Source: Octopus bimaculoides | Taxonomy: Eukaryota | NCBI RefSeq assembly: GCF_001194135.2 | Contig: NC_068982.1 | Coordinates: 57,145,537-57,191,088, forward strand | Direction: 5' to 3' | Length of the DNA stretch: 45,552 bases | Part shown: positions 1-13,615 of the stretch, in pieces | Layout: each line of letters opens with the position of its first letter | Numbering within the stretch: position 1 is the first letter of the stretch | Notes under the pieces: generated by a model | Told to the model about the DNA's origin: nothing | Databases searched by the model: none | What the model saw: only the letters and a program-made list of their open reading frames with translations | Program-made: the position numbers and the translations under genes

Positions 1-117
1 TATATATATATATTATATATGCTATGTGTATGTGTGTGTGTTTGTGTGTGTGAATATATATTATATATTGTATATTTGTAATACTTTTAGCATATGTATT
101 ATATATATAATACATAC

Positions 118-150
<33 letters not shown>

Positions 151-359
151 ACCCGTATACACAAATATACATACATATATCTACGCATATGTATATATGT
201 GTGTGTGTGTATGCGTGTGTTTGTGCCTGTATATGTGTGTGTATGTTTGTATGTATGCATATATTTATATACGTGTGTGTACTTGCATGAGTATGGAGTG
301 CATAAAATGTTGTGTGCAAACTTTTATATATTTTATATATTTGGACTTACATATTAAAT

Positions 360-442
<83 letters not shown>

Positions 443-736
443 ATGTCTACGCGTTTGTATGAATGATCTACATAGCTTGCAAACATAAAAAAACAAAATG
501 AGAGACACAAAAGCAAGTGAGTAAATAATATCTCAATTCAAGAATTCTTACATAGCATTTTGCAGGTCGAGTTTCTTGCTCAAAACTCTATATTTCATAA
601 CTAGCGGCAGGTTTCAAGAAGAACTTATATTGAATTATGAAGCCGAAACTATGTCTGTCTGTGTACTTATATGTGTGTGTGTTTGTACACAAAAAAGTGA
701 AAGGACGTGCAGTGAAATTGCCATGAGGAGTGGAAT

Positions 737-770
737 ATCTAACGTTTCAGATGTAATCCTTCATCAGGAT
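737..770 (-). ncRNA. Minimal Penelope-type hammerhead-like motif
   Basis: Minus strand reads ATC-CTGATGA-AGGATTACATCT-GAAAC-GTT-AGAT, matching the CTGATGAAGG...GAAACGT pattern with palindromic ACGT stem III. Stem I (ATC/GAT) needs a one-base bulge. Confidence 0.55.
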
Positions 771-1045
771 GGTATAGGAAAAGAGAAGTTTAAGAAAGAC
801 AGAGTTTACATCGTCACAGCTTGAAAAACTGGCTGCAACCGTAAATACATATATACGTAAATATCGAACATTAAGAATTAGCTCTCAACACTGCATTGGT
901 GGGTAAATATTCTTTACTTGTGTATTATTAAGACAACTATTTATTTCATATTAAGAAATATCGCAGCAATTCTACAAGCTGATGATATAGAATAATTGCT
1001 GTTCGCTCCAGTTTGGAGACGAAAGCATACACACACGCACGCACA

Positions 1046-1101
<56 letters not shown>

Positions 1102-1426
1102 TGTATGTATGTATATGTATAGGGCTTTTATCACAGCAATATTTGTAGCGAGCGTTCTTTCGGAAGAAGAATGCTTAGTTTCTTTAGTTTTACAAACTGA
1201 CATATGATGGTGGACCTCTCTCCAAGAACACTTCAGAAAAGTGACTCCTACTGTAGTTTCGGGTTCATCAACTAGGAGAGGAGTTTGGTTGTTGTAAATT
1301 GCGCAGAAATCCTCCACACCTATCTATTTATTTATTTATTCTTCTCCCTTTCTATCTTATTTTTCTCTCTCAGTATATATACAGACGTACATGCACCCTC
1401 CCCATATATATAAATATATATACAAA

Positions 1427-1750
1427 CTTACTGTTAAGAGAATTCGGGATGTGTGGCGTTCAGCTAGTCCATAAATGAAATATGCATTAAATACTACAAA
1501 ACGTACACGTAGGACAGACACAAGAACCCTAATGCTTCATCAGTTATCGACCAAAAATACTAATATTCAGTTTCATACCTGTGACCATGCTGGAGCACCG
1601 CCTTTGGTCGAGCAAATCGACCCCAGGACTTATTCTTTGTAAGCCTAGTACTTGTTCTATCGAACTCTTTTGCCGAACCGCTAGGTTACGGGGACCTAAG
1701 CACACTAGCATCGGTTGTCAAGCGATGTTGGGGGACAAACACAGACACAA

Positions 1751-1795
<45 letters not shown>

Positions 1796-2148
1796 NNNNN
1801 NNNNNNNNNNNNNNNNNNNNNNNNNNNATATATATACATATATACGACGGGCTTCTTTCAGTTTCCGTCTACCAAATCCACTGATAAGGCTTTGGCTAGC
1901 CCGAGGCTACAATAGAAGACACTTGCCCAATGTGCCATGCAGTGGGATTGAACCCGGAACCATGTGGTTTGTAAGCAAGCTACTTACCACACAGCCACTC
2001 CTTACTGTTAACAAAAGTCGGAATACGTGGCATTCAGTTGTTCCATAAATGAAAAATGCATTAAATACTACAAAGCGTGCACGTAGGACAGACACTAAGA
2101 CCCTAATACTTCATCAATTATCGACCGAAAATACTAATACCCAGTTTC
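1427..2148. repeat. 148-bp direct repeats (1427-1574 and 2001-2148) bracketing a SINE A
   Basis: Ungapped hand alignment gives 21 mismatches in 148 bp (about 86%). Confidence 0.9.
1581..2000 (-). mobile_element. SINE family A
   Basis: Reverse complement of 34634-35030, with an internal (CA)n(TA)n tract and an N gap. Confidence 0.9.
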
Positions 2149-2991
2149 GTGCTTTTAACGATAAAACTGGGAACTTCGTATATCGGCGTCACTCGCAAGA
2201 TTTGTGTAGAATTAGGGCTCGAGGTATATTATACATACCGACACCAACATCTATTAATCATTCAAACTGCTTTTTTTCTTGTATAACGAAAGTAATCATT
2301 CAACTGAAATACATTTATAATTCCGAACAGTTTATTCTGTTGCTGCAACATATCTTGCTTCATGGCTGGGTCAGACTTATGCTTAGAAAGAACGAGGAGT
2401 AGAATTACTACATCCTCCTTGCCCTTCAGACTCAGTAGAACATTGATGACCTGACAGCTGATCCAGCGTTCAGTTGCTTCTCATTACCCTTGAAATGAAG
2501 CACAGTATTCATGAACACGACGCACCGTTCGGGAGTTGAACCCACGATTTTATGACAACGAGTCGAACTTCATAACCACTAACCACTACTGAAAAAGTAC
2601 ATATTATCACCAACAGGTTCGAACTGAGTGCCTTCCGTTTAGCTGACGGCAGTGATAAACCCTATTCCGAGAAGACACTGACACTTAATCAATACCCGAC
2701 TATAGCACTAAATAACTCAAAAAAATTCATATTCTACACAGCACAGTTGCTACCCATTGATATAGCACATAATTTACTCAATCACTGTCCCACGCTGAAC
2801 TACATAACATCAATCAGAGAATATTTATGAAATATAATTACCTTTCAACAAAATAACACAACACATTAATCCTACTCACAGATATACTTCAATATAAATG
2901 TTTTTTTTAAAATACATTTAATCAAGGAATATTGGTTGAATACAGGGTTCAATGCATGTGTAGAGTCTAGTATTTATTATAATTCTAATGA

Positions 2992-3033
2992 CAGTTACTT
3001 CGAAGTTTCGCCAGTGGTGGCTTCTTCAAGCTG
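2992..3033 (-). ncRNA. Minimal Penelope-type hammerhead-like motif (variant core)
   Basis: Minus strand reads CAGC-TTGAAGA-A-GCC-ACCACT-GGC-GAAA-CTTCGAAG-TA^ACTG. It has a 3-bp stem II, palindromic stem III ACTTCGAAGT, a GUA triplet and stem I CAG/CTG. The C3 position is altered and 1.1/2.1 is mismatched. Confidence 0.55.
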
Positions 3034-3127
3034 GAAGAAAGAAGCCAGTATCAGTGAAAAGTCGAAGTTGCTGTCAATAAAATCATCATATTTCTAGGCA
3101 CGGAGATACTTACATACAAATGTATTC

Positions 3128-3188
<61 letters not shown>

Positions 3189-3230
3189 CATATACACACC
3201 AACTACATATATCTATCCCTTATCTCTCTT

Positions 3231-3261
<31 letters not shown>

Positions 3262-3308
3262 TTCTCTCTCTTTCTATATATACATACACACACACACACA
3301 CACATTCT

Positions 3309-3343
<35 letters not shown>

Positions 3344-3844
3344 GAGTGCCTAAATGACTGTGTATTTACCGAATTCGTTTGTTCGGTGAGCGTATTTATC
3401 ATGCTCGCTATGTATCATATTTGACTCCTATTAACGCGTCAGTATCTTAGAATATATGTATAGATGATAACTTTATTAATAAGTAGCGACAAGTACAGTT
3501 CAATTGGTGTCATATTCTTATCACGCTCTTCGCGAAACTTACAGACTAATCAACAGTGATTTTAATGGGCCATACACTACATCTGACTAACTAATTAAAC
3601 TCTTGACAAACTGTTCAGATTTTAGTGCACGGATGCAATCTTAGGAAGAGCTTACTGCTGAATAAATTGCTATGAACACAGTCACAGCTTGTTTCAGCTG
3701 TGATGATGTGCTAATGGTAAATTCTAAATTTCCACGTAAGTAGTTTGGAATTGTTTTACAGACTCAGTAAATTGTGTAAAAGTTACCTTCACCAATTAGG
3801 TTAAGAGAAATAGCTGATAATCAGGGTAGTCATTCAGGAAAAGT

Positions 3845-3990
3845 TGTTGTTCAAGTTGTTGTTGTCGTAGGTGTTCTGGTTCTTGTCGTAGGCGCTGTTG
3901 TTGTTGTAAGTGTACCTGTTGTTGTAGGTGTGGTTGTTGTTGTGGGCGCTGTTGTTGTTGTTGTAGGTGCGGTTGTTCTGTAGTTGTTTA
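3845..3990. repeat. Degenerate (GTT)n repeat with a higher-order GTAGGTG/GGCGCTG unit
   Basis: Directly visible; it adjoins the (GTT) tail of a family C copy. Confidence 0.8.
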
Positions 3991-4334
3991 GACCCATAGT
4001 CAGATTTGCGGGTAGTTGTTATTTAGCTTCAGGTCAATCCTAATCCAAACGTATCTACGATTAAAGACTTTCTACCCGTGGTTGCCTCATCTTTTAAGGC
4101 ATGGTTGAACCCAGGCAAAATTATTCAATTTGTCCTTTATTTCCTTCTTGAAAATATATCACACGTGATTTTTTAGATAAATTTCGCTGATGTTTCTTTA
4201 AGGGCTATCTATTACATAGAGGCTCATCATAGGTCTGCATATCTGTTTGCTGACCTGCGTTCATTTCACAGGTACAGGCAAGAACTAAAGATTGTTTCTT
4301 CCTAAAACTATCAGTTATTTAAACACTTTGGTAA

Positions 4335-4525
4335 AATAATATTAGTTTCAAATTTTGGAACAAGGTCGGCAGTTTCGGGGAAGGGGCTAAGCCAGTTAGA
4401 TCGACACTAGTGCTCAACTGGTACTTATTCTATCGACCCCTAAAGGGTGAAAGCAAAGCAGACCTCGGCGAAATTTGAACTCAGAACGTGCAGACGGACG
4501 AATTGCCGCTAAGTTTTTTGTACGG
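4335..4525 (-). mobile_element. SINE family B (head missing)
   Basis: Homologous to family B: GACCTCGGCGAAATTTGAACTCAGAACG. Confidence 0.8.
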
Positions 4526-4677
4526 TCTGATGTGCATAATGCTTCAACTTCTAAACAAACTGATATAGCTACATTTAAACACTGTTTCTTTTACATTGTA
4601 TTTCACGTATTACTATTTATAGTATGAATACACATGAACATACAAAAGCTCTCAATGTAATTACAGATATCAAAACT

Positions 4678-4870
4678 CCTTTCTACTATAGACACAGGGC
4701 CTGGAATTTGGTGGGAGGGCCAAGACGATTACACTGACCCTAGTGTTCAACTAGTATTTACTTTGCCGATCCCGAAGTGATGAAAGGCAAAGTCAATCCC
4801 TGCGGAATTTGAACTTAGAACGTAAAGACGGACGAAATGCCGTTAAGTACGTCCGAATCTGCCGACACGT
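4678..4870 (-). mobile_element. SINE family B
   Basis: Homologous to family B: GGAATTTGAACTTAGAACGTAAAGACGGACGAAATGCC. Confidence 0.8.
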
Positions 4871-5265
4871 ATGAAGAAGAAATATGCAACTCATCGCTTT
4901 GAAATTTCGCTGCATACCGTGCATATGAGGAGTCATTATAGGATGGCAAATATCAGTACGGATAAGCAACAGTTTGTTCCCTGAAATTATAAACAAGAAC
5001 ATTAGCTATTCTTAAAGTCAATAGCCCGGGTGCATTGGCAGATGAGGCACAACATGGTGAAACAATGGTTACCAGAATGTCATGTGCTAATGAATTGAGT
5101 GGGTTATGAACACATTCTCATCGGAAAAAAGAATTCATTTTCCTGTGACGACACAAACAGCGATTAGCGCATTCACATTCGCATCTGCCGGAACGTATTA
5201 ATATATCATATTGAATGTCACTGTTCAATGGTGCTTATGACGATTTATGGTTAACATACACAAGT

Positions 5266-5460
5266 GTGGCAAGCTGGCAGAATCATTAGCACGCCAGACA
5301 AAATGCTTTGCGGCATGTCGTCTGTCTTTGCGTTCCGAGTTCAAGTGCCACCAAGGTCGACTTTGCCATTAATCCTTTTGGAATTGATAATATGACTACT
5401 AGTTAAACGCTGGGGTCAATGTAATCGACTAGCGCCCTCACAAAATTTCAGGCCATGTAC
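5266..5460 (+). mobile_element. SINE family B
   Basis: GCAAGCTGGCAGAATCATTAGCACG head, through CTGGGGTCAATGTAATCGACT. Confidence 0.85.
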
Positions 5461-6133
5461 ACACACACGTGTGTACACGTGTGTACACACACGCACACTC
5501 ATGTGTGTGCGTGTGTGCGTGCATATGCATGTGTGCATGTGTGTGCGTGTGTGTGTGTGCGTGTGTGCATGTGTGCGTGCATGTGTGTTTGTGTGTACAC
5601 ATACACACACACAAAACTTGTGTGGTTCTAGGCAAACAAACTTCGTGCTCTTTCTTGATTTCTGATTGCTTTAAATTCCTACGGAATGAAAGCGTGCAGC
5701 GAACTGTATTCGCACTTCAAACAGGATACTTTTCCTCTCGGTGTCCTAACATTGGTTGGAACATCCTGGAACTGAATTCTTTTCATCTTTTACAGTATCC
5801 ATTTTCCAGGCAGCTGTTCTGAAAAGAACATGCATATNNNNNNNNNNNNNNNNNNNNNNNNNNNNNNNNNNNNNNNNNNNNNNNNNNNNNNNNNNNNNNN
5901 NNNNNNNNNNNNNNNNNNNNNNNNNNNNNNNNNNNNNNNNNNNNNNNNNNNNNNNNNNNNNNNNNNNNNNNNNNNNNNNNNNNNNNNNNNNNNNNNNNNN
6001 NNNNNNNTATATATTATATATACACACACACACACACACACAAGCGTGCAAACATCCACATACACCAAATATACACACACACATATATGATAATAATAAT
6101 ATATACACATTTGTGTGTGTAAGTGTGTGCATA

Positions 6134-6191
<58 letters not shown>

Positions 6192-7319
6192 TGTGTGTAT
6201 GTGAAGTGTGAATATGAGCCTGTTAGCAATAAAGGTCATATTATTGCTTACCGCACCTCTGTTTAATTGAAAATTTTGATATTCTCAAAGGCGACAATTT
6301 ATACCCGCTGCACGCACATACACACGCTCACACGCATACGCACACACACACACATATTTGTATGTATGTATATATGTATGTCCGTATTCAGCCTCAAATA
6401 CATTGAAACGTTAGCTGAAATATTACATTTAAAATATTAAATAAAACGTTCTATGTCTGAAATAAAATATTCTAGAGCATTTCTCCTTTTCTCTAGAATT
6501 CTGTTTCTGACAGTTATATATAAAATGTCGAAATATCACATATCAGAAACTGAAAGATACGGCTCAGTTACAGGTTGGGTAACATTCACTATAAAACGCT
6601 TAAATGTCAACAGTTTATTTTGACTGTTCAGTGGAAATATTCTGGACTCTTTTTAGTTAGAAGTTTAGAATATCAAACTTTTCTATATCCACTCCTATTT
6701 CAGAGTCATAGTTATTTGTCTGAATAGGGTGCTAGTTTACGGGTTAAAGGGCCAATAGATCGAGTACTATTACTTGCATTGCGATGTATATACGTGGGAC
6801 CATGTGCATTAATGTTTTTCGTGCTAATACGAAGTTCCCATACGAAGAGAAATTCAGCAGTTTTGATTGCTATTCTAACATTTGTGAATAATTTTGTATA
6901 AAGCAACAGGGAATATTGAATACTACTGCAACAAGACAATTAGTCCAGAGGTTATTTTCTTTGTTGTTGTTGCTTTTATTTGTGCGTTTATTTAGGGAAA
7001 GGTTGTGCGTACAACATACCCCTTTTATATGTGAATGTACAAGGGGGAAGTTGATCTCACAATCTTAATGCTGTGCTGTATCCGTTAACAAAATAATTCA
7101 CATTGATCCAGTCCATTCACTTGAAAATATGTACCAGCAATAGCTTGTAGTTGACTCAAAGACGTTCTGGGAAACATCTCGTACTTTCAGTCTCTTACAT
7201 GTGCAATCCGGGATTGACTGCATCATGATAATCATGTTGGCTTTAGACTGATAGCTATTTGTACTATACGCTTATATTTTCATATTTCAATTGGTTTATT
7301 GGATTCAGCCATTAGAACT

Positions 7320-7475
7320 CAGCCATACTGCGACGCTTCCTTTAAACGCTTGAGTCGACAAACAGACACTAGTTCTTGTTACATTACCGACTGATATTAA
7401 TTTTATCGGCATCTATCGACGGAACGCTAAGTTACGGGAAATAAAAAAAAAACAATGGTGTTTAAACTGGTGTAA
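7320..7475 (-). mobile_element. Old SINE family A 3' fragment
   Basis: Contains GGAACGCTAAGTTACGGG and degenerate flanking matches. Confidence 0.5.
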
Positions 7476-7542
7476 ACAGAAATATATGCACGTTCACACC
7501 TTCATATACGCATACTTACATACATATACGTATATCATATGT

Positions 7543-7613
<71 letters not shown>

Positions 7614-7946
7614 GATTTTACATTCATTATAGATATAATGGGGTTTTTTTCTTCTACTGCAAAACCTCTTTTGGCTACAACATGCACTAAAATTTACTCT
7701 GTGGACGTTTTTAATACGTAAACGTTTTTTTCTCTCCAGAGACATTTCAGTAATATGTGATTTTTTAATGCAGAACTTATTTCTTCTTCCTATCTTTCCA
7801 ATTTTAACTGTTTTGTTTAATAACAAGAGCGATCCCAGGTACCTTGAGGGTGATATGCGTGTTCTGGTCCCACACAAGGTTTAGGTATCGTTCTACTTGG
7901 AAGATCACCGTGTGTTTTTATGCGTGTGCGTGCATTTGTGTGTGTA

Positions 7947-7994
<48 letters not shown>

Positions 7995-8020
7995 TTCGTG
8001 CGTGTATATACTAAAAAATA

Positions 8021-8401
8021 TCTTACTCTTTTACTCTTTTACTCTTTTATTTGTTTCAGTCTTTTGACTGTGGCCATGCTGGAGCACCGCGTTTAGTCGA
8101 GCAAATCGACCCCAGGACTTATTCTTTGGAAGCCTAGTACTTATTCTATCGGACTCTTTTGCCGAACCGCTAAGTTACGGGGACATAAACACACCAGCAT
8201 AGGTTGTCAAGCGATGTTGGGGGGAAACACAGACATACACACATACATATACAGTTTCCGTCTACCAAATCCACTCACAAGGCTTTGGTCGGCCCGAGGC
8301 TATAGTAGAAGACACTTGCCCAAGATGCCACGCAGTGGGACTGAACCCGGGACCATGTGGTTGGTAAGCAAGCTACTTACCACACAGCCACTCCTACGCC
8401 T
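8021..8401 (-). mobile_element. SINE family A, near full length with small internal deletion
   Basis: Homologous to 34634-35030, with a (TTTTACTC)n tail. Confidence 0.9.
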
Positions 8402-11031
8402 ATCTTGTATAAGATTTGTTAATTGATATATGTTCTCTAATTACTTTTGCTCTTCATGAAATGAAAATTTATTAGGATGCTTGCACAGTGTTCATATTTG
8501 AATACATTCACGACCAAAAGGCAATCTGAATATCATAATCTTTATATTAATTCTTGACTGATTTGTACGCATGTCCAGAAGTATTATCATGCTGATATTA
8601 TTGTCACATTATAATGACTAAACGTAGCAAAAAAAGGTAAGAAGATACTCATATAATATGCCTTTATTCCCTTATAATAATTTCAGTTGATCATTCGTTA
8701 CCAATAAGATAGATGCTATCAAGGTGGTCTGTGAAACTACACAATAGCTTTCAGACAACACGTTCAAACATCCTTGTCAGTTATAGGAAATATTCAGATA
8801 TCTATGACAACAGTCCAAGAAGAAGGCATGTCTTGATTCATACCAGAAAACTAATTATTTCGTAAAAAATAAGAAATTGATGCTTTTTTTTTTAAGTAGA
8901 TGCTTCAGAAATTATATTGTCAAGAAAATTCATGTATATTTTTTCATGTTTTTCTTGCTAGAAATTTTGGATTCCTTCAGAGACCTTCTCATGATGTATA
9001 TGTGTGCAATCCTTCTTTCGTTTGCCTTAATATATTTCAGGAAATAAGTGAAAATAAGCTTCCAGTCGCTGTGAACTTTTATCTTATTTCTTAATACAAG
9101 ATCCGTTGTTTATATACACTCCTACGGTTGGTGTGAAGTGAGATGTACCAAAGAAATACGAGCGGAGGATATATCACTAACTTCTGAATGATATTTTCTG
9201 GTTTAGATGGAAGAAACAGAATTGACTTGAAGGTTTGTACTAATGAAGGGTTTGATGAAAAGTTTCGTTTGAATATAATTCATGTTTGACCATAATCGAT
9301 AAATATTAATCTTTCTAGTTATGACAGAGATGTACTATAATGAGTTATTTATGCCTTTGTATCAGGAGTGATGCAAAGATGAAATATTTATTTCTAATAA
9401 AGACAAAATCAAATCTCATTCAAGAAACAATAGTTGATAATATGTTATCAGGGCTTTCTCATTGAAAATGTATGATACTTTAGGTGCGGTAAAAATTTTG
9501 CATCTGGTATTTTATTTGGATGTTGCTCTTGCTATATAAATAAAGTACTGTACCAAACAAATTACTGTAACCGATAGATTGAATAAAATCTTTAAAAGCG
9601 GTGCGCTAGTATGGTTTCAGAATAATGGTTGAAATCTCTAAAAATAATCAAAGACTACATGGACGTATAATTTTGAAGTGTTAAACTATCAACATACACT
9701 AAACAAATTCTGACATCAAATTTCACAAACACCCAAATGAAGCAGTCTTGATACTCTACACAAATATAAATAATCCTCAAGAAGAGGAAGTCGTTTACCA
9801 TATTTGAGACCGAGTTAATCCATGAAGCCAAAATAAACAAGGCTTCAGCATGATCCATCGATTTGCCTGCAAAAATATCTATACCTCCATCAGATTATTC
9901 TCAATCGCCTTAAAAAGAAGACAGTACACACTGAGCAACTTATTCCCAGATGGCCTTAAAAGTGTAGGATAGTCAAGGCTGTACTACTTTTGATCATGAA
10001 TCAGTTAAGATAGGGCTAACTCGGAGCTAAATAACAATCTAAAAACTCGGACAAAATATAGGACCCTTAATGGGTTGCTCGAACGGAAAATAACAGTAGC
10101 TAAGTAGCTATAAAACCCCACTCTTAAGAATAGAACGTGGAATGTGTCCAGAAGATACTGTAGTCTTGCATACATTATACTTTAAAGAAAGACGTAAAAA
10201 TCGCTGTTTGACCGTCTTTCGTCATAATTCTTCTCAATTGGGCTGACCTGAAGGTTATACGACAACATAAACAACCACCATAATCATCATCGACACCAAC
10301 AACGCAACTGATTACCTAAATCTTATCCCATAATCCAAATACAGCTAGATTATGAGTAAAAAAAAAACAGCGATAGATACTACTAGCAACAACAATAAAA
10401 AACGAAATTTATAGAAACATAAATATGATATGCATTCATTTCCTCCTCAATTGAAATATAAGACATGCCGAAGCAAACACACACGAGAGCATCGCATTAA
10501 TGATAGATCTGTTAATTTTAGTTTATTTAAATATAAAGCGTAATTGCGAACTGGATTATGATTCTGATGGGATTGTCTGAATACAGGATGAGTGTTGCGT
10601 TGAAACATGGCAACTACTTTTAGTGTTATTTATGAGTTACTTTGACCAGTTCAAAAACGTGATAGTTGCTTAGAGTATCAATTACCTAAGAAGCGTGCTT
10701 GGCTTTCGATTTTTGTTTGAGTGGGGTGTATAATCCCAGAGGAAGATCAGTCAAAGAAAAATAATACTTTTACACTCGTCGTTCCAATTGAAATACTTGG
10801 AAAACAATAGCGATATATAAACATACGCACACACACACACGCACATGTATGTGTATGTTTATGTGTGTGCTTTTGTATGTATGTGTGCGTGTGACCGCGC
10901 GCGCGTGTGGCGAATGCATATAAACACTCAAATGCAAACATACCCACGCACACACACACACATATATGTTTAGAGAGACAGAGCCAATTCAATATCCGGG
11001 AGAGAAAGAAAGGAGAATTTAATTATGCATT

Positions 11032-11062
<31 letters not shown>

Positions 11063-11399
11063 NNNNNNNNNNNNNNNNNNNNNNNNNNNNNNNNNNNNNN
11101 NNNNNNNNNNNNNNNNNNNNNNNNNNNNNNNNNNNNNNNNNNNNNNNNNNNNNNNNNNNNNNNNNNNNNNNNNNNNNNNNNNNNNNNNNNNNNNNNNNNN
11201 NNNNNNNNNNNNNNNNNNNNNNNNNNNNNNNNNNNNNNNNNNNNNNNNNNNNNNNNNNNNNNNNNNNNNNNNNNNNNNNNNNNNNNNNNNNNNNNNNNNN
11301 NNNNNNNNNNNNNNNNNNNNNNNNNNNNNNNNNNNNNNNNNNNNNNNNNNNNNNNNNNNNNNNNNNNNNNNNNNNNNNNNNNNNNNNNNNNNNNNNNNN

Positions 11400-11457
<58 letters not shown>

Positions 11458-11460
11458 TAT

Positions 11461-11491
<31 letters not shown>

Positions 11492-11500
11492 CATATATAT

Positions 11501-11957
11501 ACGATGGGCTTCCTGTCAGTTTCCGTCTACCAAGTCTACTCACAAGGCTTTGGTCGGCCCGGGGCTATAGTAGAAGACATTTGCGCAAACTGTCAGGCAT
11601 ATGTATATATATTCTTTTATTCTGTTATTCTTTTATTTGTTTCAGTCATTTGACTGCGGCCATGCTGGAGCACCGCCTTTAGTCGAACAAATCGACCTCA
11701 GGACGTGCATATGTGTGTGTAGACACGTATACATATATGTGTGTACATATACGTGCAAGCATATATTACGTAAATAAACACATGCACCATACACAGAATA
11801 CACACAGCCACCAGCCAGCTAGTCAGCCAGCCAACCAGCTATATATATATATATAGCCAAGGGCTATAGTAACACACCTGCCCCAGGTATCATGCAGTGG
11901 GATTGAACCCGGAACCATGTGGCTGGGAAGCGAACTTCTTGTCTATGTCTATGCCGA
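11501..11957 (-). mobile_element. SINE family A, three rearranged fragments
   Basis: Body 11501-11584, 3' tail 11612-11704 and head 11857-11957 are each homologous to the family consensus but out of order. Confidence 0.75.
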
Positions 11958-12466
11958 TTTAGTCAGGTTATGTTAATGCTTTTCTGTGCAGTGTTTATCT
12001 ATGTTGTTAATGGAAACCAGATTAACATGGTCTCACTGGAAGATATATTCGAGGTCTCTCTGTTCAGGGAGTCAGCGCAGGTTTGATGCGAGGAGCCTAA
12101 ACAATTTACTCGTGATAAACTTAGAGAGAAAGATGAACTGTGGTGTCATTTGCGTAGAAGTGGATTTTGCTGAATGTGACGGATGTATAGATAGACAGAT
12201 AGATCGATGTAGGTATAGATATAAATACGTACACACACATACAGATAAGGGAAGGATGATTTGGATAGATGGATGTTTAGGTATAAAAATAGAATGATAG
12301 AGTACTTGATAGGTAGTTAGATAAATATGCAGTGACATATACAGAGAGCTGGTTAATATAATACACAGTTAAATATAATCGACTTAGCTCATACACTCAC
12401 TCATACTCACACACAGTCAACCCATTTGTATGTGTGCGTGTGTGTACATACATACTCACATAGATA

Positions 12467-12519
<53 letters not shown>

Positions 12520-12699
12520 AGCTAGATAGAAAGATAGATAGATGATGAGATGTACATAAATTATCTTTACAACTTCCACATGTTATTGTATCAAATTGTA
12601 AAGGTAATTTATGGAAACATTGAATATATACACTCATACGCACTCATATGAAATGAGGGGGTGAGCGTGATATTGGCAGATATATAGCTAGATAGACAG

Positions 12700-12760
12700 A
12701 GAGATAGACCGACCGACCGACCGACCGAATGATTGGCAGATAAATAAATAGATGGATAGG

Positions 12761-12844
<84 letters not shown>

Positions 12845-12849
12845 CAGAC

Positions 12850-12925
<76 letters not shown>

Positions 12926-12929
12926 TGAC

Positions 12930-13000
<71 letters not shown>

Positions 13001-13045
13001 CAGGCAGGCAGGCGAGTAGACACAGACAGATAGATAGACAGACAT
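12700..13045. repeat. (GATA)n tetranucleotide array with GACA/GACC/GGCA variants
   Basis: Directly visible. Confidence 0.95.
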
Positions 13046-13284
13046 ACAGTTAAATTCCTATATAGAAGGATAGATAAAAATGGAAGTGTGTGCAGAAAGA
13101 AATGGATATTTGAGGAACGTAAATTGACCTTCCGATAAGGGAGATTGTGTCTTGCTAAGTCGATTTGTCAGTTGTCATGAGAAAATGAATTCATCTCTGT
13201 CTGCTTGTTTCATCCCGGGTCAGTTTTCGCTGACACTTTAGCCAGCCACTTACTCCTGTGCAGCATCTTGAGTATCTATCAGCT

Positions 13285-13615
13285 ACAGCAGCAGTAACAA
13301 CAACAAGCATTACCCACCACCACCACCACCAATAGCAGAACCACCTTCGACTACAACAACAACTACTGTAATCTTAACAACAACAATCATAGCAGCAGCA
13401 GCAGCAGCAGTTATTAGCAAAAGTAACATTGACGACAAATGGTAGTAATAATAATCGACAACAGAAGCAAATACTGTGTAGCAATGTAAGTATCATAATA
13501 CACAATAACATAACCTATCACATCACACAGCAAAGACCACTTCCCCCCCACCACCACCACCACCGCAACTACCACCACCACCACCACCACCGCAACTACC
13601 ACCACCACCACCACT
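13285..13615. repeat. Compound (CAG)/(CAA)/(CAC) trinucleotide repeats
   Basis: Directly visible, including a duplicated CACCGCAACTAC(CAC)n unit. Confidence 0.9.

Noticed and set aside
793-831. Homeodomain-like peptide RKTEFTSSQLEKL
   Set aside because: There is an in-frame TAG a few codons upstream, no good acceptor and no helix 3 (WFxN). It lies beside a hammerhead-like repeat.
980-1030. CTGATGA...GAAA spacing (also 16515-16550, 15012 and 32449)
   Set aside because: No stem II, stem III or stem I pairing is possible.
3845-3990. Mucin-like Thr/Pro or poly-Gln reading on the minus strand
   Set aside because: All three frames give low-complexity peptides, with no splice or start support. 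It adjoins a repeat's (AAC)n tail.
8690-9870. Possible small exons in AT-rich unique sequence
   Set aside because: AG/GT pairs are present but frames close quickly and no coherent peptide emerges.
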